Origin: Schaalia odontolytica
GTDB lineage: Bacteria; Actinomycetota; Actinomycetes; Actinomycetales; Actinomycetaceae
Assembly: GCF_005696695.1 (NCBI RefSeq)
Contig: NZ_CP040006.1
Location: 1,440,001 to 1,472,000, forward strand
DNA: 32,000 nt
Direction of reading: 5' to 3'
The notes below the pieces were generated by a model that did no database searches, was not told the origin of the DNA, and saw only the letters and a list, made by a program, of their open reading frames with translations. A program made the position numbers and the translations under genes. Position 1 is the first letter of the stretch; each line of letters starts with the position of its first letter. This document shows positions 16,778 through 26,065 of this stretch, piece by piece.

Positions 16778-17248
16778 TCAGCTTCTATTGTCGGTCAAAA
16801 ATCGCTCAATCGCTGGAGGGACATACCGAGAAATATCCTTTTTCAGACCCACGAGTTCGCGCACGGCGCTCGACGAGACGTGTGCAAGGCCCGGACGGGT
16901 CGGAATCCACCAGGTGTCGACGCCCCCGATCTCACGGTTGAAGACCGCCTGGGGGGCCTCGTAGTCCACGTCGATCGAGGAGCGCACGCCCTTGACGATA
17001 AGCGTGGCTCCCAGGCGCGAGGCCTCGTCCATGGTCGCACCCTGCAGGAGGACGACCTCAACGCCGCCGAGGTGGCCGGTGGCCTCCCGGATGAGCCTGA
17101 CGCGCTCTTCGGGGGCGATCAGGCCGCGCTTGGCGGGGTTCGCTCCGACGCCGATGATGAGGCGGTCGGCGATGGCGCAGACACGCTCGGCGACGTCGAG
17201 GTGCCCGTTCGTGAAGGGGTCAAAAGAACCGGGGAACAGAGCGATCAT
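16778..17248 (-). CDS. coaD: Phosphopantetheine adenylyltransferase
   Basis: ORF 16778..17401, but the family N-terminus MIALFPGSFDPFTNGHLD begins at ATG 17248. It overlaps the rsmD stop by 1 nt (TGATG). HVSSSAVRELV motif present. Confidence 0.92.
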   Translation of the reverse strand: MIALFPGSFDPFTNGHLDVAERVCAIADRLIIGVGANPAKRGLIAPEERVRLIREATGHLGGVEVVLLQGATMDEASRLGATLIVKGVRSSIDVDYEAPQAVFNREIGGVDTWWIPTRPGLAHVSSSAVRELVGLKKDISRYVPPAIERFLTDNRS

Positions 17249-17883
17249 CAGTCTTCCTCCTCCGCGCTCGACGAGGCCTGGGCGGCCTCGAGGGGCTGCG
17301 TGCCATCGGCGGATTCGTCCTTGGGCAGGGGCGGACCGGCGAAGTAGGCGACGGTTTCGCCCCAGGTGCGCTGGTCCTCGAGGACGAGGAAATCCGGCCA
17401 CGTGGGAGCGGGCGCACGCGTGGAGCGTTCGACGACAACGAGGGCATCGGGACCAATCCAGGGGCCGAGGGAGGCCAGTACCGTCGTCATGTCCTCTTCG
17501 GCGATGTCGTAGGGCGGGTCGATGAAGACCAGGTCGATGTCTCCCGCGAGCGCTTCCCCGTTGCGCGCTCCCAGGTAGGTGCGCGCGTCGGCGGTGACGA
17601 CGCGGGCCGGCAGCCCCGTCGAGCGAACGTTCGCGGAGGCGACGCGGGCGGCGGCCGAAGCCTTTTCGACGAGGGTGGCGTGGGCACCTCCGCGCGACAG
17701 GGCTTCCAGGCCGAGGGCACCCGTTCCGGCGTAGAGGTCGAGGACGGTCGCCCCGTCCAGCACGTTCATATGGTCCAGGCGCGAAAAGAGAGCCTCGCGA
17801 ACCCGCTCGGAGGTGGGACGGGTGCCGGACTTGGGCACGGCGAGGGTACGCCCCTTGGCGCTGCCTGCGACGATTCTGGTCAT
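17248..17883 (-). CDS. rsmD: 16S rRNA (guanine966-N2)-methyltransferase RsmD
   Basis: MTRIVAGSAKGRTLAVPKSGTRPTSERVREALFS, SAM motif DLYAGTGALGLEALSRG, DPPY motif (VFIDPPYD). Acidic C-terminal tail. Confidence 0.9.
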   Translation of the reverse strand: MTRIVAGSAKGRTLAVPKSGTRPTSERVREALFSRLDHMNVLDGATVLDLYAGTGALGLEALSRGGAHATLVEKASAAARVASANVRSTGLPARVVTADARTYLGARNGEALAGDIDLVFIDPPYDIAEEDMTTVLASLGPWIGPDALVVVERSTRAPAPTWPDFLVLEDQRTWGETVAYFAGPPLPKDESADGTQPLEAAQASSSAEEED

Positions 17884-17906
17884 ACCCCTACCCTACCGGG
17901 CGCACC

Positions 17907-20054
17907 TCAGGAGCGTTGCATCCACTCGATCTGTCCGTCCGATGCGGCGCGCAGCGCCCGGGCGAGGTCCGGGTGGCGCTCCAGCGTCGGGTCCTGTTCC
18001 AGGAGGGTTTCGGCTTCGCCTTTCGCGCGGCGGATGAGCGCCTCGTCGCGGCGCACTGACAGGAAGCGCAGGTGGGTGGCCGTGCCCGACTGGCCGGCTC
18101 CAAGCACGTCGCCTTCCTTGCGCAGGCGCAGGTCGGCCTCGGCGAGCTCGAAGCCGTCGGTCGTGTCCGCGAAGGCCTGGAGGCGTGCCCTGCCCGAATC
18201 CGTGAGTTCGTGGCGATGCATGGCGATGCACAGCGAGGGCAGGGAGGAGCGTCCGACGCGCCCGCGCAGCTGATGGAGCTGGGCGAGGCCGAATTGTTGG
18301 GCGTCGAGGATAACCATGAGGGTCGCCTCCGACACGTCGACGCCGACCTCGATGACGGTTGTGGCGACGAGGAGGGGCGCGCGCCCGGCGGAGAAATCCT
18401 CCATGATCTGCGCCTTCACCGGCGAGGGCGTGCGTCCCGTCAGCTCGTGGATTGCGATGCCGGACAGGGCCGGGTGGGAGCGCAGGTACGCGGCGACCTC
18501 CTCAACGGAGGCGAGGGGGCGTGCGCCTTCCTCCTCAGCGTCGGCGACGTCATCGGAGGCGTCGATGCGCGGGCACACGACGTAGACACGACGCCCCTGG
18601 GCGATCTCCTCTGCGGCCCGTGCCCAGGTGCGCTCCACCCACGCGGCGTTCGCACTGTCGGCGAGGTAGGTGGCCACGGGGGTGCGCCCCGAGGGCATGC
18701 CGCTCATACGCGTGTCGTCGAGGTCTCCGAAGACGGTCATGGCGATCGTTCGCGGAATCGGGGTCGCGGTCATGACGAGTTCGTGAACCGCGCGCCCGTC
18801 CTCGCGCGCCCCGCGCAGCGCGGCTCGCTGCTCGACGCCGAAGCGATGCTGCTCATCCACGACGACGAGGGCCAGGTCCGCGAAACGCACGCTCTCCTGG
18901 AAGAGAGCATGGGTTCCCACGACGATGAGCGGCTCTGCCGCGTTCATCGCGCTTTGAATCTCGCGGCGGGCGGCGGGCGGCGTCGAACCTGTCAGCAGGC
19001 GAACGTCCGGGGCGTCCGCCCTCAGGGGCTCCAGGAGCACCCGCAGGGAGGCGGCGTGCTGCTCCGCCAAGACCTCGGTCGGCGCGACGAACGCACCCTG
19101 GTGACCGGCGGCGACCACCTGGAGCAGGGCGCTGAGCGCGACGACGGTCTTGCCCGATCCCACATCTCCTTGCAGGAGCCGCTGCATCGGCACCTCGCCG
19201 GCCAGGTCGGCCCCGATCTGGGCGACGGCCTCGCGCTGGGAGTCCGTGAGTTCAAAAGGCAACGACGAGCGGAAACGCTCGCACAGCGGCGCGTCGATCG
19301 GCGAGGCCAGCGCCGCCACGGCCCGAGCGCCCCTGCGCTGCGCGGCCAGCCCCACCTGGAGGACGAAGGCCTCGGCGAAGGCCAGGGCCTTGCGCGCCTG
19401 CTGGTAGTCCTCGTCCGTCTCGGGCTGATGCAGGGCGCGCAGGCACTCGGCGTGGGAGGCGAAACCAGCGCGCTCGCGGACGTCGGCGGGAACCGGGTCG
19501 GGCACATCGGCATCGTCCAGGTGGTCCAGCACCATGCCAACTGCTCGGGCAATCGCCCACGAGGCCAGCGATCCGGTCGCCGGGTAGATCGGGATGGGGC
19601 GCGAGGCGATGCGCTCGATGTCCTCCCCGTCCACGCCCTCAAAGGAGGGATGGGTGAGTTGCAGCTTGCCGCGGTAGGCCCCGACCTTGCCGGCGAAGAG
19701 GAAGGACTGCCCCGGCGTCAGGAGACGTTCAATGGGGGCGAGCTTGTACTGGTTCTTCGCGAAGAAGGTCGCCGACAGGAACTGAACGCCGTCGGTAAGG
19801 GTGACTTCCAAGCGCACGCCCGAGCCGGATCGGTTGGCGACCAGGTGTGCTCCGGCGACCTCGGCGAGGATCGTCACGTCCTCGCCTACGCGCAGGGAGG
19901 CCAGCGGCGTGAGGCGACCCCAGTGGTAGTAGCGCCGCGGCGCGACCAGCAGCAGGTCACCAACCGTCGCCACACCCGCCCCCTCGAGGGCCTTCGCCGT
20001 CTTTTTCGGCAGGCGCAGGGACAGGGGGACGTCGAGTGCGCTCACGAGGCGCAC
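17907..20054 (-). CDS. recG: ATP-dependent DNA helicase RecG
   Basis: Walker A GDVGSGKT, DEQH box VVVDEQHRFGV, TATPIPRT, QLHQLRGRVGR. Two candidate starts: GTG 20054, or GTG 20045 (GTGA overlap with the upstream stop). Confidence 0.93.
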   Translation of the reverse strand: MRLVSALDVPLSLRLPKKTAKALEGAGVATVGDLLLVAPRRYYHWGRLTPLASLRVGEDVTILAEVAGAHLVANRSGSGVRLEVTLTDGVQFLSATFFAKNQYKLAPIERLLTPGQSFLFAGKVGAYRGKLQLTHPSFEGVDGEDIERIASRPIPIYPATGSLASWAIARAVGMVLDHLDDADVPDPVPADVRERAGFASHAECLRALHQPETDEDYQQARKALAFAEAFVLQVGLAAQRRGARAVAALASPIDAPLCERFRSSLPFELTDSQREAVAQIGADLAGEVPMQRLLQGDVGSGKTVVALSALLQVVAAGHQGAFVAPTEVLAEQHAASLRVLLEPLRADAPDVRLLTGSTPPAARREIQSAMNAAEPLIVVGTHALFQESVRFADLALVVVDEQHRFGVEQRAALRGAREDGRAVHELVMTATPIPRTIAMTVFGDLDDTRMSGMPSGRTPVATYLADSANAAWVERTWARAAEEIAQGRRVYVVCPRIDASDDVADAEEEGARPLASVEEVAAYLRSHPALSGIAIHELTGRTPSPVKAQIMEDFSAGRAPLLVATTVIEVGVDVSEATLMVILDAQQFGLAQLHQLRGRVGRSSLPSLCIAMHRHELTDSGRARLQAFADTTDGFELAEADLRLRKEGDVLGAGQSGTATHLRFLSVRRDEALIRRAKGEAETLLEQDPTLERHPDLARALRAASDGQIEWMQRS

Positions 20055-21655
20055 CCCGCGACCAGGCTCGGCCCGCTTTGCCCGCCGTCCCAGGTCTCCA
20101 GGTCGATCGTCGACGACGCGTCGCGCGTGGAGAGCAGCTGGCGAACGGTGGCCACGGTGTAGGGGCCGTCGTCGTCGCGCGAAATAAGGAGGCGCCAGGA
20201 ATCACCGCCACTGCGTGAGGCCTCGGCCAGGGCCTCGGCGATGCCCTCCGGGTCGCCGCCAGGGGGCAGCGGGGCGCTCGCGCACGAGGCGAGGGCGTCG
20301 TGTGCGCCGTCGCGTAGCATACGCGCCAGCGTCGGAGCGGCCTCAACACCACCCGGCTGGGGCACGAACAGCGGGGCGCAGGCTCGCGCGACGGCAAGGA
20401 CGTCGAGGTCATCGCGACTACCCGCACGCAAAATCGCCGGAACACCCGGGGCGGGCGAGGGCAGCACCGAGGCCACGGTACCGACCAGGGAGGCACTGGC
20501 CTCGTCGCACGTGGCTACGAGGGTCACGCCCGTGCGCGAGGTAGCCGCCGACACGATGCCCGCAGCGTCCCCAGAGCTCAGGTCCAAGAACACGACCGCT
20601 CCTGCGCGCGCGAGATCTTCGACGAGGCCGGGGGCACTGGTGCAGGCGATGACGCGGGCACGCTCGACGCGGCGCATCGGGCGGCGCTGCAGCAGGCGCA
20701 CGCCGCGGTGGCTCAGGCCCTCGTCGGCCAGCTCATCGATACCGATCTGCGCGTCCGGGCGGGCGTCGCAGACCTGGAAGCGAATGACCTGCCCCGAAGT
20801 AGGGTGCGCGGCCAGCGGCGCGGAGGTGTCGACGTGCAGCCTCCACTCCCCCATGCCAAAGAGATCAACCCTGCCCACGTAGGACAGGCGCGCCCCCAGA
20901 CCACCGAGGCGCGCGAGCAGCGCATCCAGGTCCTCCTGGGTTCCCTCCAGGATGATGTCGACCGTGAAGTCGCGGCCGGGCGGAGGGGAGGCAGCCTCGG
21001 GCGCACGCGAATGGCGCTCGGCAAGGTCGGCCAGCATGGCGGTGAACGACTGAAGGATTCCGGCGTCGCCTCGCATCGAAGCGTCGATGCAGGCCAGGAC
21101 CAGGGCGATGAAAGCACCACCGGGGTCGATACGCCCCGTCGCCTCGTTCGTCGCCTCAACGAGGCCGATCTGCGCCTGCGAAGAGAAACGAGAGAAAACG
21201 TCGTCAACCTCCGGGAGCGTCGCCCCCAGGTCCTGAAGTTCGCGCACCGCACCGCCGAGCATTTCCACGAGGGCGTCGGACCACTCGATGGAGGAGGCCA
21301 CGGGGCTCAGGGATACGGCGAGCATGCGACGCAGGACGAGAGGCGTGACATGGTGTTCGTCCCCGAGAGCGCCGGCCCACGCCTCGAAAAGAGCTCCGAG
21401 GGCCATGCCGCTGTGTCCAAGGCCGCGGCGGATAATCGTCTCCACGGCCGCTTCAAGCGCGTCGCGCAGGTGAGCACGCGGGTCCAGGGAGTCCATAGCG
21501 GCCTCGAGCGCAGCCATCGTCGCCGCACCATTCGAGCCCGTGTCGCAGTCCGCCCCGTCCCATCCGTCCAGGTCATCGAGGAAGGGCGCGAGCCTGGCGG
21601 CTTCCTCAGCCCCAGCGCGACACGCCTCGATGATGACAGACGCATTCAGTTCCAT
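20042..21655 (-). CDS. DAK2-domain protein (YloV-like)
   Basis: ORF 20042..21715. I prefer ATG 21655 (AAAGGGGAG upstream). N-terminal DAK2-like DGADCDTGSNGAATM. Conserved position immediately upstream of recG. Confidence 0.75.
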   Translation of the reverse strand: MELNASVIIEACRAGAEEAARLAPFLDDLDGWDGADCDTGSNGAATMAALEAAMDSLDPRAHLRDALEAAVETIIRRGLGHSGMALGALFEAWAGALGDEHHVTPLVLRRMLAVSLSPVASSIEWSDALVEMLGGAVRELQDLGATLPEVDDVFSRFSSQAQIGLVEATNEATGRIDPGGAFIALVLACIDASMRGDAGILQSFTAMLADLAERHSRAPEAASPPPGRDFTVDIILEGTQEDLDALLARLGGLGARLSYVGRVDLFGMGEWRLHVDTSAPLAAHPTSGQVIRFQVCDARPDAQIGIDELADEGLSHRGVRLLQRRPMRRVERARVIACTSAPGLVEDLARAGAVVFLDLSSGDAAGIVSAATSRTGVTLVATCDEASASLVGTVASVLPSPAPGVPAILRAGSRDDLDVLAVARACAPLFVPQPGGVEAAPTLARMLRDGAHDALASCASAPLPPGGDPEGIAEALAEASRSGGDSWRLLISRDDDGPYTVATVRQLLSTRDASSTIDLETWDGGQSGPSLVAGCAS

Positions 21656-21734
21656 GACTCCCCTTTCAGCCCCCTCCCATTGTCCCTGCGCGGCTCGGTG
21701 TGTGCGACCTGACACGACCCAGATCGGCTGCGAC

Positions 21735-21764
21735 TTGTTGAAAGCGTGGTTCGTCCGCTATTCT
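21735..21764 (+). promoter_or_regulatory. Candidate sigma-A promoter of rpmB (-35 TTGTTG, 18-nt spacer, -10 TATTCT)
   Basis: Hexamers read at 21735-21740 and 21759-21764, about 95 nt upstream of the rpmB GTG. Confidence 0.4.
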
Positions 21765-21857
21765 GTCATGGTTGCCTTCGGTTCAAGCACCGAAGGATGC
21801 GTTCTCCGCAAGCGCGGAGACAAAGACTGAACTGGAAGACATACCGAGGAGAACATC

Positions 21858-22049
21858 GTGGCTGCCGTTTGTGACGTGTGCGGTAAGGGACCCGGCTTCG
21901 GCAAGAGCGTGTCGCACTCGCACGTTCGCACCAACCGCCGGTGGAATCCGAACATTCAGCGCGTTCGCGCCCTTGTCAATGGGACGCCCAAGCGCCTGAA
22001 CGTCTGCACCAAGTGCCTGAAGTCCGACAAGGTCGCCCGCGCGATCTGA
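21858..22049 (+). CDS. rpmB: 50S ribosomal protein L28
   Basis: GTG start with GAGGAG 6 nt upstream. [42 protein letters not shown]... Confidence 0.97.
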   Translation: MAAVCDVCGKGPGFGKSVSHSHVRTNRRWNPNIQRVRALVNGTPKRLNVCTKCLKSDKVARAI

Positions 22050-22065
22050 GTCGACACTGACGTAA

Positions 22066-22110
22066 CGCCGGAGGGACGAGCCAAAAGGCTCGCCCCTCCG
22101 GCGTTTATTT
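22066..22110 (+). terminator. Intrinsic terminator after rpmB
   Basis: 17-nt arms (22066-22082 and 22087-22103, 16 of 17 paired), loop aaaa, followed by tttattt. Confidence 0.85.
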
Positions 22111-22143
22111 CATCTACTCCCCCATTACTTGCGCCCCGAGCGC

Positions 22144-22190
22144 GTATGGGTCAGCGCCCGCGACTTCTCGTCGCGGGCGCTGACCCATAC
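22144..22190 (-). terminator. Perfect 21-bp hairpin downstream of putA (probable U-tract-less terminator; other roles possible)
   Basis: gtatgggtcagcgcccgcgac ttctc gtcgcgggcgctgacccatac. The hairpin's upper end lies 42 nt below the putA stop (22233-22235). No T/U tract on either strand. Confidence 0.5.
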
Positions 22191-22232
22191 CTTGTGTGTC
22201 TGGATTCCCCGTCCACTCTCAGGAGGCGAGGC

Positions 22233-25200
22233 TCAGAGGAGATCCGCGGCCAGGTCGAGCGGGGTTCCGAAACGGTGGTTCGTGATCGACACTGCCTGCT
22301 CGCGCAGGAACGGCAGCAGCTCCGAGTGCGGCCAGGCCGTGACGGCACCCGTGTACAGGGCGACGTCGGGGCTGCCACCGCTCGCGCGGGTTGCGTCCGC
22401 CCAGCGCTGCTGCGAGCTTTCATCGCGCGGCCCCAGGACACGCACGCGCATGCCCAGGCCACCGGAGTTCGCCACCATCGCCAGGCGAGAATCCCACGAG
22501 GGCGCGTCTTCGACCGTCACCTCGATATCCCAGCCCTCCAGCAGCTCCCGGATGGTAGCCGGAAGCTCATCGGCAACGGATAGCCCGATGGGGCCACCCG
22601 CGAGGACGCCCGCTGCCAGCACACGCACGGTGTCGGCGAGGGCAGTCCCACTCCCGGCGCGCACGAGGACCGGCGTGGAACGGTAACGCAGGACATTGCG
22701 CTCGCAGGCCATGCCGGTAACGTCGCGGTTGGCTCCGTAATCGGATGCCCAGGCAGCGCCATCGGCGGCGACGGCACGGCTCAGTTCGGCCGCATCGTCC
22801 GCGCTCAGGAAAGGACCAGCCGCACGACACAGGGCGAGCACACTCGGATCGAGCGTCTCCACGGAATGACTGGACTCCCCCGCCATCGCATCGCGGTCGG
22901 GCACGACCTCGCCCAGACCCAGCAGGTAGGAGGGACCGCCAGCCTTCGTCGTTGACCCGATCGCGGAGCGCTTCCAGCCGCCGAAAGGCTGACGGCGAAC
23001 GATCGCGCCGGTAATCCCGCGGTTGACGTAGAGATTGCCGGCCTCGATGCCCTCCAGCCAGGCCGCCAACTCAGCCGTGTCGAGAGTATGGAGGCCAGAG
23101 GTCAGTCCGTAGTCGACCTCGTTGACGGCCTCGATCGCGTCCTCGAGGGTGTCGACGCGCATGACGCCGAGGACCGGCGCGAAGTACTCGGTCAGGTGGA
23201 ACTCACTGCCGGGCACCACGCCCGCGCGGATGCCCGGGGTCCACAGCCCATCACCCAGGTACCGGGGCTTGAGCACCCAGTGCTCGCCCTCTCCCAGGGT
23301 GGTCAGGCCTCGCACGGCCTTCTCGTCGTCGGGGACGACAACCGGGCCGACCTGCGAGTCCAAGGATGCCGGCAGGCCCACGCGCAGCGAGGCGGCCGCA
23401 TCCACGAGCTGGCGAGCGATACGGCTCGAGCGCCCCGCAGATCCGACGAGGATCAGCAGCGAGGACGCCGAGCACTTTTGTCCCGCGTGCGCGAAGGCCG
23501 AATGAACGATGTCGCGCACCGCCAGATCGGGGTCAGCGGACGGCGTGACGATGATGGCGTTCTTGCCGCTCGTCTCGCCCAGCAAGTGCATGTCGGGCTT
23601 CCACGAACGGAAGAGGCGGGCCGTGTCGTACGAGCCCGTCAAGACAACGCGATCAACCCCCTCATGCGTCACCAGGTAGCGCGATACGTCGCCGTCCTCG
23701 AGCGGGGCGAGTGCGACCAGCTCGCGGGGAACCCCCGCCTCGTGGAAAGCCGCGACGAGTTCCGCGGCGCAACGCTTGGCCGGCGGGGCCGGCTTGAGGA
23801 TCACCGCACTGCCCGCCGCCAGAGCGGCAGCGACGCCGCCCACGGGAATAGCCACGGGGAAGTTCCAGGGCGAGGCAACGACGGTGACGTTCACGGGTAC
23901 GAATCGGGCACCCGCCATATAGGTCTCATCGGAGAGCTGCAACGAGGCCTCCGCGTAGTGATGACAGAAGTCGATCGCCTCGCTCACCTCGGGATCAGCC
24001 TGATCAATGGTCTTGCCAGCCTCAGATCCGGCGACCTCGATGAGCTCGCCCCGGCGCGCGGCGAGGACATCGCCGACGCGATGCAGCGCAGCTGCGCGCT
24101 CCTCGGGGTCCAGGGCCTGCCAGGCATGCGCCGCCTTGGTACTCGCCTCGACGAGGGCGTCGACCGCCTCGTGTGTGGCCAGGGCCTGCGCGCCGGCACG
24201 CACGGCTTCCACACCTCGCGTCGAGGCGGGGATGGCCGCAGAAATCTCGCGGGCCCACTGGCGATTGGCCGCCAGGGCGGGATCTGAATCCGGTTCGGAG
24301 ACAAAGGGACGACGCGCGCGCTCGGCGAGGGTCCCCTGCTCAGCCGGAACCCCGGCCTCGCGCTCGGCCAGACGATCCTGGACGCGGTTGGGAACCGGCA
24401 AGGGGGCGTCCGGATCAACGTCGGAGAGCGCGGCGAGGAAACGGTCGCGTTCCCGGGCGAAGACGTCCTCATTCGTGGCGATGTCGAAGACCCCGGACAT
24501 GAAGTTCTCAGGTGCGGCGTTCTCCTCGAGGCGGCGCACCAGGTAGGAGATGGCGACGTCAAACTCTCGGGGGTTGACGACCGGGACGTACAGGAGCAGG
24601 GAGCCGACATCGCGACGCACGACCTCTTGAATGCCGGTGGCCATGCCGGAGAGCATCTCGAACTCGACGCTGTCCTCGACGCCGCGCGCTGCCCGCAGCT
24701 CGTAGGCGAACGCAATATCGAAGACGTTCTGTCCGGCCACTCCCAAGCGAATCGCCCGGGTGCGCTCGGGCGTCATCGCCCAGTTCAGCATGCGCTTGTA
24801 GTTGGTGTCGGTGGCCTGCTTGGACGGCCAGGTCGTCAGCTCCCAGCCGTGAATCTCGGCATCCACCCTCTCCATGGACAGGTTCGCGCCCTTCACGATG
24901 CGGACCTTGATGCGCGAACCCCCCGCGTCCACGCGTGCGCGCGCCCACTCCTGGAGACGCTGAAGCGCACCGAGCGAATCGGGCAGGTAGGCCTGGAGGA
25001 CGATGCCAGCCTCGTAGCCGCGCATATCCGGCTGGTCGAGGATGGCGGTGAACACCGCGATCGTCAGGTCGAGGTCCTTGTAGTCCTCCATGTCGAGGTT
25101 GAGGAAGGTCCCGTGATCGCGAGCAAGGCGGTAGAGGGGCAGGAGCGCGCTCACGCCGTGGTCGACAACCTCCTCGAAGCCCCACGGGTTGTGGGGGCCT

Positions 25201-25796
25201 GTCACCGCGGAGACCTTGATGGACACGTAGTCGACATCCTCGCGGGTCACGAGGCGCGAGACCTCGGCCAGGCGGTGAGACGCTTCCTTCTCGCCGAGAA
25301 CCGCCTCTCCGAGGAGGTTCACGTTCAGGCGGTGGCCGCCCTGACGCAGGCGGGCGAGCGCGGGCCCCAGGCCCTTGTCGGTTGCATCGACGACGAGGTC
25401 ACCGACGATCTCGCGGAATACACGTCGGGCCACCGCCGTCACCGTGCGCGGGGCGAGGAGCGATGCTGTCGAGCCGAGGCCCATCGCCGCAGCCAGGGCC
25501 GGGGGCAGGAAGTTTTTACGCCCTGCCGACAGGCGTTTCATGGCTGCGCTGGCTACGTCCAGGTCCGCGGGGCGCACGACATCATCGACGAATCGGGTCG
25601 TGAAGGTGAGTCCGTCCGGATCGGCGAGGATACGAGACAGGAGTTTGGCCGACTGGGGCGTAGGCTCATGGGCCGACTCGTCGGCCCAGCGGCGGGCTCG
25701 AATGATCGCCCGCTCCCCCAAGGCCCATAGGTCGTCGGGGCAGCGTCGAGCGCTGGCATCGTGGTGGGACGGGGTGGGAACAGCGGCGTTCGCCAT
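22233..25796 (-). CDS. putA: Bifunctional proline dehydrogenase / L-glutamate-gamma-semialdehyde dehydrogenase PutA
   Basis: ORF 22233..25853. I prefer ATG 25796 (GGAGG 7 nt upstream). N-terminal PRODH barrel, ALDH motifs GETSGKNAIIV, FAHAGQKCSA, EYFAPVLGV, plus a C-terminal ALDH-like extension. Confidence 0.93.
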   Translation of the reverse strand: MANAAVPTPSHHDASARRCPDDLWALGERAIIRARRWADESAHEPTPQSAKLLSRILADPDGLTFTTRFVDDVVRPADLDVASAAMKRLSAGRKNFLPPALAAAMGLGSTASLLAPRTVTAVARRVFREIVGDLVVDATDKGLGPALARLRQGGHRLNVNLLGEAVLGEKEASHRLAEVSRLVTREDVDYVSIKVSAVTGPHNPWGFEEVVDHGVSALLPLYRLARDHGTFLNLDMEDYKDLDLTIAVFTAILDQPDMRGYEAGIVLQAYLPDSLGALQRLQEWARARVDAGGSRIKVRIVKGANLSMERVDAEIHGWELTTWPSKQATDTNYKRMLNWAMTPERTRAIRLGVAGQNVFDIAFAYELRAARGVEDSVEFEMLSGMATGIQEVVRRDVGSLLLYVPVVNPREFDVAISYLVRRLEENAAPENFMSGVFDIATNEDVFARERDRFLAALSDVDPDAPLPVPNRVQDRLAEREAGVPAEQGTLAERARRPFVSEPDSDPALAANRQWAREISAAIPASTRGVEAVRAGAQALATHEAVDALVEASTKAAHAWQALDPEERAAALHRVGDVLAARRGELIEVAGSEAGKTIDQADPEVSEAIDFCHHYAEASLQLSDETYMAGARFVPVNVTVVASPWNFPVAIPVGGVAAALAAGSAVILKPAPPAKRCAAELVAAFHEAGVPRELVALAPLEDGDVSRYLVTHEGVDRVVLTGSYDTARLFRSWKPDMHLLGETSGKNAIIVTPSADPDLAVRDIVHSAFAHAGQKCSASSLLILVGSAGRSSRIARQLVDAAASLRVGLPASLDSQVGPVVVPDDEKAVRGLTTLGEGEHWVLKPRYLGDGLWTPGIRAGVVPGSEFHLTEYFAPVLGVMRVDTLEDAIEAVNEVDYGLTSGLHTLDTAELAAWLEGIEAGNLYVNRGITGAIVRRQPFGGWKRSAIGSTTKAGGPSYLLGLGEVVPDRDAMAGESSHSVETLDPSVLALCRAAGPFLSADDAAELSRAVAADGAAWASDYGANRDVTGMACERNVLRYRSTPVLVRAGSGTALADTVRVLAAGVLAGGPIGLSVADELPATIRELLEGWDIEVTVEDAPSWDSRLAMVANSGGLGMRVRVLGPRDESSQQRWADATRASGGSPDVALYTGAVTAWPHSELLPFLREQAVSITNHRFGTPLDLAADLL

Positions 25797-25967
25797 GCGT
25801 AGACCTCCAGGCGTGGATGAGCGACGGATTCTCAGCCTCGCGCGGAGCATCAACGCTGGACACGCTCGGCAAAACTCCCGACGTTGTGAAGGATGCTGGT
25901 TTGTCCATCGTAACGCGCATAAGGCTCACCTGTGCGGGCATCGCAAGACGACGCGACGATCAAGCAA

Positions 25968-25981
25968 GGGACCTAAGCCCC
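25968..25981. promoter_or_regulatory. Candidate DosR-type box GGGAC-CTAA-GCCCC upstream of putA
   Basis: 9/10 half-site match. The 20-mer caagggacctaagccccaaa matches 15/20 of the recalled DosR consensus. Lies about 170 nt upstream of the putA ATG. Confidence 0.25.
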
Positions 25982-26065
25982 AAAACGCAAGAAACGCCCA
26001 CAAAGTCAGATATCAAGTGTCGCTTCTCACACACGAGCCGTGGCCCTGCACGGCGACACCCCGCC

